58,613 bases of DNA, taken from IMG/VR virus record IMGVR_UViG_3300030102_005973, positions 1 through 58,613 of that record; one strand, written 5' to 3'. The notes below the pieces were generated by a model. The model ran no database searches and was not told where the DNA came from. It saw only the letters and a program-made list of their open reading frames with translations. The position numbers were made by a program, and so were the translations under genes. The DNA is from a virus. Its lineage: Duplodnaviria; Caudoviricetes. Each line of letters starts with the position of its first letter. Position 1 is the stretch's first letter. Below, one piece after another: positions 1 through 9,700 of the stretch.

Positions 1-99
1 CTAATGTAAAAAATGACTTTCAGACATTTGTAAACAATATCTCAAACAAAGAAGAAAAACGAACAACAACTTTGGAATCTACATTAGGCTATCTCATGC
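1..99. repeat. Terminal direct repeat, left copy (circular assembly overlap)
   Basis: 1-98 is identical to 58515-58612; base 99 differs (c vs a). The repeat lies inside the primase-helicase frame, consistent with a k-mer overlap. Confidence 0.95.
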
Positions 100-986
100 A
101 GGCTCACAAGAACATATCTTACTGCCCTGCAGTTATATTAAATGATGAGAATATTTCCGATACAGCAAACGGCGGTACCGGTAAGGGTATCTTTATGCAG
201 GCCGTTGGTCACATGAAGAAGCTTGTGATGATAGATGGAAAATCTTTTGCTTTTGAAAAATCATTTCCGTATCAATTAGTTTCTGCCGATACTCAAGTAT
301 TGGTGTTTGATGATGTAAAAAAATATTTTGATTTTGAGAGACTATTTAGTGTAGTCACGGAAGGTCTAACACTTGAAAAGAAAAATAAAGATGCTATTAA
401 GATACCTTTTTCAAAATCACCGAAAGTTGTTATAACTACTAATTATACTATCAAGGGGTCAGGCACTTCATTTGCACGAAGAAGATGGGAACTTGAACTA
501 GCATCGCATTATACTGACAAGTTTACGCCAATGAATGACTTTGGTAGATTTATTTTTGGAGAGGAATGGGATGAAGAGGACTGGTGTAAGTTTGATAATT
601 ATATGATACAGAACTTACAACTTTATCTTACAGAAGGATTGATACCTAGTGAGTCCATAAACGGTGAGATGAAAAGATTAATTATGAAGACCAATGGAGA
701 CTTTTGCGAATGGTGTGGCCTTACAGATGCCTCACAAGCTAATCCATTGTTGGAGGTAAATACAAGAATTCATTTAAATCAGATCTACTATGATTTTGTT
801 AACAGTTACCCTGACTACGCAAAAGGATCAAAATTTTCAGTTTCACATTTTAAATTTAAAAATTGGATTGTAGCTTACGCTATGTACAAAGAAGGCTTAG
901 AGCCTGAGATCGGAAGGGATAATGCCGGTAAGTGGATACGTATAAAACCTCGAACTGAAGCTGACATACAACAAAAGCTTATATGA
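1..986 (+). CDS. C-terminal part of primase-helicase (SF3/D5-like helicase), continuing from 57086 across the junction
   Basis: Walker A GGTGKG, Walker B VLVFDD, ITTN motif; in frame with the open ORF from 57086, giving about 804 aa in total. Confidence 0.85.
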   Translation, partial: NVKNDFQTFVNNISNKEEKRTTTLESTLGYLMQAHKNISYCPAVILNDENISDTANGGTGKGIFMQAVGHMKKLVMIDGKSFAFEKSFPYQLVSADTQVLVFDDVKKYFDFERLFSVVTEGLTLEKKNKDAIKIPFSKSPKVVITTNYTIKGSGTSFARRRWELELASHYTDKFTPMNDFGRFIFGEEWDEEDWCKFDNYMIQNLQLYLTEGLIPSESINGEMKRLIMKTNGDFCEWCGLTDASQANPLLEVNTRIHLNQIYYDFVNSYPDYAKGSKFSVSHFKFKNWIVAYAMYKEGLEPEIGRDNAGKWIRIKPRTEADIQQKLI

Positions 987-2209
987 AATTTCGAGACTAT
1001 CAACAGAACATTATTAACAAAGGCTCAAGCGTGGTTGATAAACATGGATTTGTTTATTTAGCTATGGAAGTTAGAACAGGAAAAACTCTTACTAGCCTTG
1101 GTATTGCTAAAGAATTAGGTGTTTCCAAGGTGTTGTTTATAACTAAGAAAAAAGCAATCAGTTCTATTCAAGACGACTATAATAAGTTGGATAGCAACTT
1201 TGAGATCGATATAATTAATTACGAAAGCCTCCACAAAATAGAAGGAAGCTATGATCTTGTTGTTTTAGATGAGGCACACTCTTTAGGAGCCTTTCCTAAA
1301 CCTAGCAAGCGAGCAAAGCAGGTAAAAATTATAATCCAGAAAAACAATCCTCTTGTTATTTTACTTTCAGGTACACCCACGCCCGAGTCCTTTAGCCAAA
1401 TGTATCACCAGATTTATGCAATACCTAGCAACCCTTTTAAAAGGTTTATTAACTTTTATAAATTTTGTCATGAGTATGTTAAGGTGACCGAGAAAAAAAT
1501 AAATGGCTTAAACATTAGAGATTACTCAGATGGTTTACCCACAATTATGGACGCCATGAAGCCTTATTTTATTTCTTATAGCCAAAAAGAAGCAGGGTTT
1601 AAAACTGAAACAAAAGAAAATGTTATGCATGTGGATATGTCTTCACTAACTTACAACCTAGCAAACAAGCTAAAAAAAGATTTAGTGGTACAAGGTAAAA
1701 GCGAAGTAATACTTGCAGACACTCCGGTAAAGCTTATGATGAAATTACACCAGATCTATTCAGGAACTATAAAGTTTGAAAGTGGAGCATCTACTGTCCT
1801 TGATCTTACCAAGGCTAAGTTTATATTGAATCAGTTTTGTGATAAGAAAATAGCTATATTCTACAAATTCAAGCAGGAGCTCCAGGCTTTGAAGAAAGTT
1901 TTTCAGGATAAATTAACCACTGAATTAAATGAGTTCACGTCAACAGATAAAAACATAGCACTACAGATAGTTAGCGGTAGAGAAGGAATTAGTTTGCGAC
2001 AAGCTCAATGTCTTGTTTATTACAACATAGATTTTAGTGCGACTAGCTATTGGCAATCTAGAGATCGCATGACTACCAAAAATAGATTGAAGAACGATGT
2101 TTACTGGATATTCTCCAGGGGCGGTATTGAAGATCAGATATACAAAGCAGTTATTGGAAAGAAAGATTATACACTTAAACATTTTAAAAAAGACCTTTTG
2201 AGTTTATGA
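983..2209 (+). CDS. SF2 (SNF2/DEAH-like) helicase
   Basis: RDYQ Q-motif, RTGKT, LDEAH, SGTP, GREGISL, QSRDRM motifs. Confidence 0.85.
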   Translation: MKFRDYQQNIINKGSSVVDKHGFVYLAMEVRTGKTLTSLGIAKELGVSKVLFITKKKAISSIQDDYNKLDSNFEIDIINYESLHKIEGSYDLVVLDEAHSLGAFPKPSKRAKQVKIIIQKNNPLVILLSGTPTPESFSQMYHQIYAIPSNPFKRFINFYKFCHEYVKVTEKKINGLNIRDYSDGLPTIMDAMKPYFISYSQKEAGFKTETKENVMHVDMSSLTYNLANKLKKDLVVQGKSEVILADTPVKLMMKLHQIYSGTIKFESGASTVLDLTKAKFILNQFCDKKIAIFYKFKQELQALKKVFQDKLTTELNEFTSTDKNIALQIVSGREGISLRQAQCLVYYNIDFSATSYWQSRDRMTTKNRLKNDVYWIFSRGGIEDQIYKAVIGKKDYTLKHFKKDLLSL

Positions 2210-3000
2210 TTCATAGCCCAACTATTGTTACAGCTCTATTTGATATTGGACGTGATAAATGGAAATCTTTTAATGTTTCATATTTTACTTATTTAAGCTG
2301 GATGATAAACACTTTATCCCTTAAATGTAATAAGGTTGTTTACACAGAAAAAAAATTTTATGATGAAGTATTAAAAATATCAAAACTTTTTGATCCTGAT
2401 TTGTCACAAACAAAAATTATACAAATGAGTATTGAATCCTTATCTTGTTTTATTAAATATAACAATAGATTAGAATCTTTATTATACTCTATTGAATTTA
2501 AAAATAAAATGTTGTTCGATGTACCTGAGATGACTCAGCCCCTCTATAACGTTGTTATGTTTAATAAATTGGATTTTATAAAAGATTCTTTGGAACAAGA
2601 ATATTTTGAAACAGATTTATTTATATGGATGGATGCTGGAGGCATAAGAGATAATACAATTAATTATAGAAATAGTGTGTGGCCAAACTTAGAAAGATTA
2701 AACTTTTTTACTAATTCAAAAAAGGTTACTTTTTTTTCTCATAAAAAAGATTTTGATATTGAAAGTAATGAACATCATAGTTTATCTCAAGTAAGATATA
2801 TTCAAGGTACTTGTATATTGTGCCCTTCGACACAATTAAATAAACTTCATAAATCTTTTAACGAAACTATTGAAGAATCATTATATAATAAATATATTGG
2901 TAGCGACGAAAAAATATTTGATATAACTTACCAAAAAAACAAAACTAATTATAATATAATTACCTGTGACTGGCGTGAATATTATGACATCTTTAAATAG
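2206..3000 (+). CDS. HtrL/YibB-like putative glycosyltransferase
   Basis: TIVTALFDIGR N-terminus and FNKLDF...FIWMDAG motif; visibly more AT-rich than its neighbours. Confidence 0.65.
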   Translation: MIHSPTIVTALFDIGRDKWKSFNVSYFTYLSWMINTLSLKCNKVVYTEKKFYDEVLKISKLFDPDLSQTKIIQMSIESLSCFIKYNNRLESLLYSIEFKNKMLFDVPEMTQPLYNVVMFNKLDFIKDSLEQEYFETDLFIWMDAGGIRDNTINYRNSVWPNLERLNFFTNSKKVTFFSHKKDFDIESNEHHSLSQVRYIQGTCILCPSTQLNKLHKSFNETIEESLYNKYIGSDEKIFDITYQKNKTNYNIITCDWREYYDIFK

Positions 3001-3006
3001 CATACA

Positions 3007-3246
3007 ATGACAGAGCAAAAGATTCAAGCCAAAAGAATAAAACAGCTTGAAGCTGAAGGATACTTTGTCATAAAACTTGTCAAAACTAATAAGAACGGAA
3101 TACCAGATTTACTAGCTCTTCACCCAGATAAGCCTATACTCTTTGTAGAAGTCAAAACAAAAAACGGAAAGATATCTAAGCTCCAGGAGTATCGTATACA
3201 AGAGCTTGAAACCCATGGATTTACTTGTGAAATATTTAGAGGGTAG
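3007..3246 (+). CDS. VRR-NUC nuclease / Holliday junction resolvase-like
   Basis: E..IQ, GIPDL, FVEVK, S.LQ motifs. Confidence 0.8.
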   Translation: MTEQKIQAKRIKQLEAEGYFVIKLVKTNKNGIPDLLALHPDKPILFVEVKTKNGKISKLQEYRIQELETHGFTCEIFRG

Positions 3247-3283
3247 TGTTATTTTAAAATATTAAAAAAAATTTTATAATTTA

Positions 3284-3481
3284 GTGTTCATGGATGGATT
3301 AACACCAGTTGAAAATAAACGTATACGAAATATAAATTTTGTAATGGCTGATCTACATTCTTCACTGAACACAATATACGAACATCTTATCGACAAAGAA
3401 TATGTCCCACTCAGAGGTGAGGTTAATAATCTAACGAAAAAATTACGTAGCGTTGGCGATTCAGTTACCGATGAAGTTTGA
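3284..3481 (+). CDS. Hypothetical protein (start may be the ATG at 3290)
   Basis: ORF track; co-oriented with replication genes. Confidence 0.55.
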   Translation: MFMDGLTPVENKRIRNINFVMADLHSSLNTIYEHLIDKEYVPLRGEVNNLTKKLRSVGDSVTDEV

Positions 3482-3557
3482 TCCCGATTATGATTTTATA
3501 GCAGCAACAGCTATCTCAGCGATAGTCATGTATATTCTTTTTTTGCTTATCTTCTAA
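3471..3557 (+). CDS. 28-aa single-TM microprotein MKFDPDYDFIAATAISAIVMYILFLLIF
   Basis: Hand translation; overlaps the upstream stop; hydrophobic stretch. Confidence 0.4.
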   Translation: MKFDPDYDFIAATAISAIVMYILFLLIF

Positions 3558-3720
3558 GACCTCTTCTCCTTCTTCTTTGCGAAATTATTGATGGCCTTTT
3601 CTTTTTTGGATGTATTCTTTTTGGCAGTGTACCCGATGTAGTTTCACGTTCCCATTTTTCTGCAATCTCAGGCAGATTCTTATACATGTAGGCTCTCTGG
3701 GCTTGACTTCTAAATGGCAT
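3547..3720 (-). CDS. 57-aa basic protein MPFRSQAQRAY...SQRRRRRGLRR
   Basis: Hand translation; starts just after the stop of the large virion gene; MPF.S.AQR start is common in small phage proteins. Confidence 0.7.
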   Translation of the reverse strand: MPFRSQAQRAYMYKNLPEIAEKWERETTSGTLPKRIHPKKKRPSIISQRRRRRGLRR

Positions 3721-3722
3721 AA

Positions 3723-6700
3723 TTACTTGTATAAATCTTCGAGAAGTTCTTTCTCAATATCTTTAATTTCTTTTTCTAACTTTTTTATTTCTGGATCCTG
3801 CTCTTCTGCTTTTATTTCATCATATAAGTCTGGAAACAGCATCTTTAGTTCTTTATCAGCAACCCTTGAACTTCTTTGTCTTTTTTTCCTGCCCTTGATA
3901 GCATACTCAGAGAAGTTAAATAACCTGAGAATAGCCTCACCCATATCTTTTGAATCTAAAACCTTACTGTAGTTATTAACTAACTTTTTTACTGTTAATA
4001 AAGGCAGTCCAGAAGCTTGAGCCAACTCAAGGTAAAAGTCATTCATGTACTGAGCTTTCAACCGAGGATCTTTGGTACGTTCGGCTTTATTAAACTTCTC
4101 TGTCACCGCTTTTGCAATAGCCAAAATACCAACATCTTTACTTGCCGTCCATGGTTTACCAGTAAGTTTATCTCCTAAAGTAGTAAAAACTTGTCCCCAA
4201 ATAAATATAGCATTTAGATTTCCTATTATAGCTGCTCTCCACAAGTCTTCGTCATCATCATCTCTAAACTCTCTTAAAAGCCCAGGAAGTCCTAGGGTTA
4301 CATATTGGAATAACACAGGCATAAATATGTGATACATAACAAATGTACGTATGTTTTCGCCTATAGTTCCTTTGCCAGCCTGGCGATCCCAAGCTAAAAG
4401 CTTTCTATTCAAGGCCCTAACAGCTTGGATTTCCTTTCTAAAATATTGTTTTGGTGTTGTTAAGAACATGTTAGCGGCTCTTGTAAGCGGTCCTTTTGTT
4501 TGATAAAAGTCCTTATCTTGAAGGTCGCTCGACTGCTGGGTTCTTTTTGTATCCCTTTCAAACTTTATAATTGCATGATCAATGGCTTCTTGTTCAGTTG
4601 CGTTAGGATTATTCTTTTTAAACTGATCTTTGTAATAAGAATAGTTTGGAGCTCCCCCTAACATTATCGCTGTCCGGTCACCCACTATAACTTGTGCCAT
4701 TAAAAAGTTTACAATCCAATCTTTAGTTCTTGCACCTAGTGGTAAAACTTTGTTGGCTTCGTTTTCACTATAGTTCTCTATTTGTCTTAATATGGAATTG
4801 TTGTTTCTATCCTGCATGTATACAGAATTATCCCTAATTTCTTTGAACACCTGGAGTTGTTGGCTTTTATTTTTAGCAGCATATTTAAGCCAATTAGCTA
4901 TGCCTATGTCATTAGCATATGTAAATAATGAGGTTAACTGCTTGATCATAATCACCGGAGAAATACCCAGTCTTGAAATCAAAAAGGCTGTATTCAAACC
5001 ATCTAAAAGAGGTGTGTAATAACTTTTTTCCCTACCTCGGCTCGCAATCTTTTTAATGGCATCGTCTATTAAACTATTTATTCTCTGCCCATGTATATTT
5101 CTTATTGCATCTTTGATATACTGGTTGGTGAATAGTTTGTTTATATCTCTAATAGCAGAAGAATATGCAGCAAAATACTCCATGTCATCAATGTAATTTG
5201 TAAGTGCAGTAGTTCCGTCCGTATAAATTATTTTCTTATTATTTCTGCTCCTAGCTTTAGTGGAAGCCGAACCAACCGCAGTTTGCATAATTCCTTGATC
5301 ACCAAGTAAATCTAACTCATTAGGAGCAGTTCCTTCTCTTACTAAATAACCTGCATAATATTTATTCATCGGCAGGTCAGTTCTATATATTTTCTTATAA
5401 GCTTCGTTGTAATGAGTGTATAAGGTTGGATATAAAACATTGACTTGCCAGTCGGCAAACCTTTTTAGGTCAGGATCAATGTAGTTTTCAATCTCTTCCA
5501 TGATCCTATCAGTTTGTTCTCCATACATAGCTTCAAAAGCACCCCTGTTAGCAGGATCTTTAAACTGATTGTACATGTAGTACAGTTGATTTTGAGACTG
5601 ATATATTTCCTCTTCGTCTATAATGTTATCAACCTTCTGTTTCTTATCTACACTTGTAGGGTCTTTTTCATATTCTTGTTGCGCCTTAGCAACTCTCTCT
5701 GGGTTTTTATATATACCTGTTGCTTCAAGTTGACTAAACTGTTTGTTTCTTTTTCTCCAGTTAGCACCTAAATAGTTGGCCATTTCTTTATCCAGCAACG
5801 TAGACAATACCAGTCTTCTTTTTTTAAACTCTCTTGAAGCTGCATCTATTTTATCAGTCACCAATACTTGAGCTCTACCACCAAACAGCTCCCCTGGTAA
5901 AGAAGATATTCTATCCATCAAGCCATCTAAAGCCTCCTGCGATCCAAAGAAAAAATTATCAATCTCTCGCATAATATTTCTTACTAATGTGGCTGCCCTG
6001 TTCTTAACTTTTCTTCGGTTAGTTGCATTGTTACGCGCAAACTTTTCGTTTTCAAGCTGTTCATTTAAGTCTGGGTCGTCCAGATTTAATTTATTGCCTG
6101 TTATGTCGTAGTAAAGTTCAGCAAATTGTCTTCGATATTCTTGCGCTTGAGATTCAATCTGGGCTTTGAGAACCGATCGACCAAACTGAACCATACCAGA
6201 TAAGGCATCAAAAGCCTGATCTAACATCAACGTTTTGTTTGCATCTGTGTTTTCTAGAAGGGAAGCATTGTTTAGATTTATAGCTATTTGAAGATCTACC
6301 ATCTTGTTAACAACAAAAGGGTCTTGATTAGGGTCTTGAGCTAACTCTAAAAACTCTCTGTTCAAAGCTTCGTTCTTATCAGATATTTCCTCCTCTGTAG
6401 CTGTCGGTGGCAGAACATTATTAGTTATAGCTTCTATCCTTTTTCTAGTGTCTAGATCAATTTTTATAGCTTTTTTTCTGCCACTTACTAAAACCTCATA
6501 TTTACCGGTAAGGATTTTATTGATTTGATTTTGTAGAGCAACGTTATTCTTAGCCGTGGCTAAGTCTATAACCTCCTCCATTATGTTTTCAATATTAGCA
6601 TTGGTAGCCTGCTCAATCTTTTGAACTAGTTGCAACGCCTCCTTTTTGGTAAATATCGCAGGTGGTAAAGTCTTTCGCATGAAGTTACGCAGCTCTCTCT

Positions 6701-9700
6701 TGACCTTTTGCAAATCCCTTTGACCCTTTGATCTAGCTCTGACAAGAGCTCTGGCGGCTCTAATTTTAATTGCTATGTCTTTAGTTGGCCTCTGGTTTAG
6801 TGTCTTTTGCAGATCTGAAAGCATCAATGCCTGTTGTGTAGACAAAGTTTTTCTGGCTTTTGCTTCACCTTTTACCTTATACGTATCGGCTTCGTTTTTA
6901 TATTCGACTTGATTCTCTAAAAACGCAACAGCCTTATCCATGATTTGGGCGTCGGTCAATTTATTTTTTCGTCGATTGTTTAAGTTATTTTCTTTTTTGA
7001 TCAACGATTCTATCTTGTTGAAGAGTTTTAGACCAGCTTTAGCCCCTCCTTTTATATTTTTAAAACTCTCTGGCAGGGCTCCCAGTATCTCTGAGTCTAA
7101 CCCCATGAGCTCTTTTATATCTTTAACACGAAGCTTTTGTACACGTTTAAGATAATCAACAATCAATTCATCTCTAAAGCCAGCTTCTCTTCCTTCACGA
7201 ATATAATCAGCCGGCGTTCTTTGTTGTCTTCTTCTAGTGGTCTGAGCAAACGGGTTGAACTTTCTTCCATCACGTACAAGAAACAATCCTCCTCCTCTAC
7301 CAAACTGATCTTCTCTAGCTCGTCTTGCTTCTAACCCGAATGGAGCTACAGCTTTACGCAACTGTGACAGGTTCGCGGTCTTGGGTATAAAGCCTTGGTT
7401 GTCCATATTATACTGCTGGGCCACCTGCTCTATTGTCCTTTGTTGTCTTCTTTGAGTTTTGTACGAATCAATGTTGAGATTTAAAAGAATAATTTCACTA
7501 GTAGTTCCGTCATCAAATTGAGTAACTATTCCATCGTATCCATCAGCTTTTAAAGATTCCGTTAATTGTATCCCTTTTTGGTTATTATATTTTTTAGACA
7601 AATTTCGTTTATATTCTATAAGAGTATCGTCAGTAATTTTAATAACTAAGGGGTTTTTTATTTCAATTTGACCTGATTCAAATCCTTGCGGTATAAATCC
7701 CTCCTGAACCTCTGTGACATAAATACCTGCAGGTTCAACGTCTTGCCCAAACTCTGACCCTCTATCTAAAGCTTTTTCTGTATTTCTTTTATAAGTAAAA
7801 TTAAAAGGTTTACCAGTTTGAATTTTTTGCTGTCTTCTTTGTCTTGGAGATATTTCTCGAATACCTGAACCATATGGAGCTACTGCCTGAGACTTTTCTT
7901 GTTGTGTAAGTTGTTTTTTATACTTATCAACCATCTCTTGAGGCATAATGTCAAAAGCATCTACCTTGACATCTGGCACTCCTAACACCTCTCCTAAAAC
8001 TTCATTGTTATATGTAGAATGCTGTGAACCATCTCGAGCTGAAGTGGGTTTAATAACTAGCATTACATCATTTATGTTAAAATCATTTGCCTTATAAAAT
8101 CCATCGCGTAAATCGTTCGGGTTTATAAAACCATCTTTTGATTTTATAAGTTTGTGGAACTCCGTATTTGGCGTACCCTGTTGGTCAACCACAGCGTTTA
8201 AAAATGCTTTTCTTTGTGGACTATCTCTGAGAGCTTCCCAGCTATCAAAATTATTTAAGACGTCTCGTATAGCTTTTACAGGGTTTGTAGCCAATGCATC
8301 AGCCTTAAATGTATCATAATCTCCAAGTTTACTTATAAATACATCGTAAACTTTTTTATTAAACAGCAGGCTACGTTCAGGAGAACCACTTATAATAAAC
8401 AAATAATCTGCGAGATTTATATTTTTTTCAATAGACTTTGTAGATTTTGAGCTTGCCCATACCGCCTCACCATCGAAAGCATAGCTTGGACCAGCGTCAA
8501 GTTGGATGCCTTCAAACTCTCCTAAACCTAACTGATCAGCTACCCAAAACCAAACCTTTTCTTTTTTTGCGTTGATGTCCTCTATTAAAGACATGATATC
8601 AATTCTTTTGTCGGGGGTGACAAGTGACAACGGATATGACTCCTCAAACTCAATTTGCTGCCTTGGCTTTGGCACTCTTATTTCTGTAGGGTCTCCTACC
8701 GGATTTGTGCCATCTTCTAAAATCTCAACATCACCCTCAGTAATCTCTTCTCCTGTCGTAACTTTTGTTGATAAAGTATTTAATAAATCAATTACATCGT
8801 TGTCGGTTTTTGTAAACTCTGTTAGATTAAGATCAACACCTAAAGTTCTAGCCAAGTCCTCTATAAATTTTATAACAATATTCTTTTGCGGTTTGGTCAG
8901 TGTCTGATACTCAGAAGCCATTATTCCAATAAGCTCTGCAAGCCTCTCTTCGTTCTGCAACTCGCTTACATCCTGGTATGATTCTGCAAACGTGTCTATC
9001 CTTCTAGCCAGTTCGCTATCGTTAGATAAAGTTTTGCGAACAGACATCATCATTTTTTCAGCAACCTGAGCTGCTTTAGGATCTGTCTTAATTTTACTTA
9101 AAAATACAGCGTGAAAAACCTCGTGGGGAACAGTGGTCCCAGTGGCTTTTGACAGATTTATATGTATGGTATCGCCAATAAGTTCACCTCTTCCTGGAGC
9201 AGCAAACTTTAAGTATTCCGATTCATTCTCATGTATTACAATTCGAGTGTTAGGTAGGAGATTTTTTATAGCACTTGCCGCTGTTCTGGCTATTTTAGTG
9301 ACGTTGTTTTCTCTTTGTATTTGTTCTGCACCTTTTTCAACTGTTTCACCTGCTCTATTTACACTTAGATTAGACTCCACTGTTTCGGTGGTCTCTTCTA
9401 CTTCTTCTCCAAAAAATGCATCAATATCTTGTTGTTCCTCCGTAAGCTGAGTCTCTGTCTCTACTTCCTGCTCTTGCTCTTCAACAAAGTCTGGAATAGG
9501 TTCTTCAACCGTCTGCTCCTTAGTCAAGACTTGTTCTATTTGATTGTCAATCTGTTGTATTTGTTGATCAATATTACCAACAGTTGCTGGGTCTTTGTCT
9601 GCTTTTTCATTTTGTAATTCTTGCTTACTTGCTAAAAGACCTAATATTTGTTGTTGCTTTTCAAGACTTATGTCTGTTGGTATTTGATTGGCTAAACCAG

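Noticed and set aside
1-99. Terminal repeat as a biological DTR
   Set aside because: It lies inside the primase-helicase gene and its length fits an assembler k-mer overlap.
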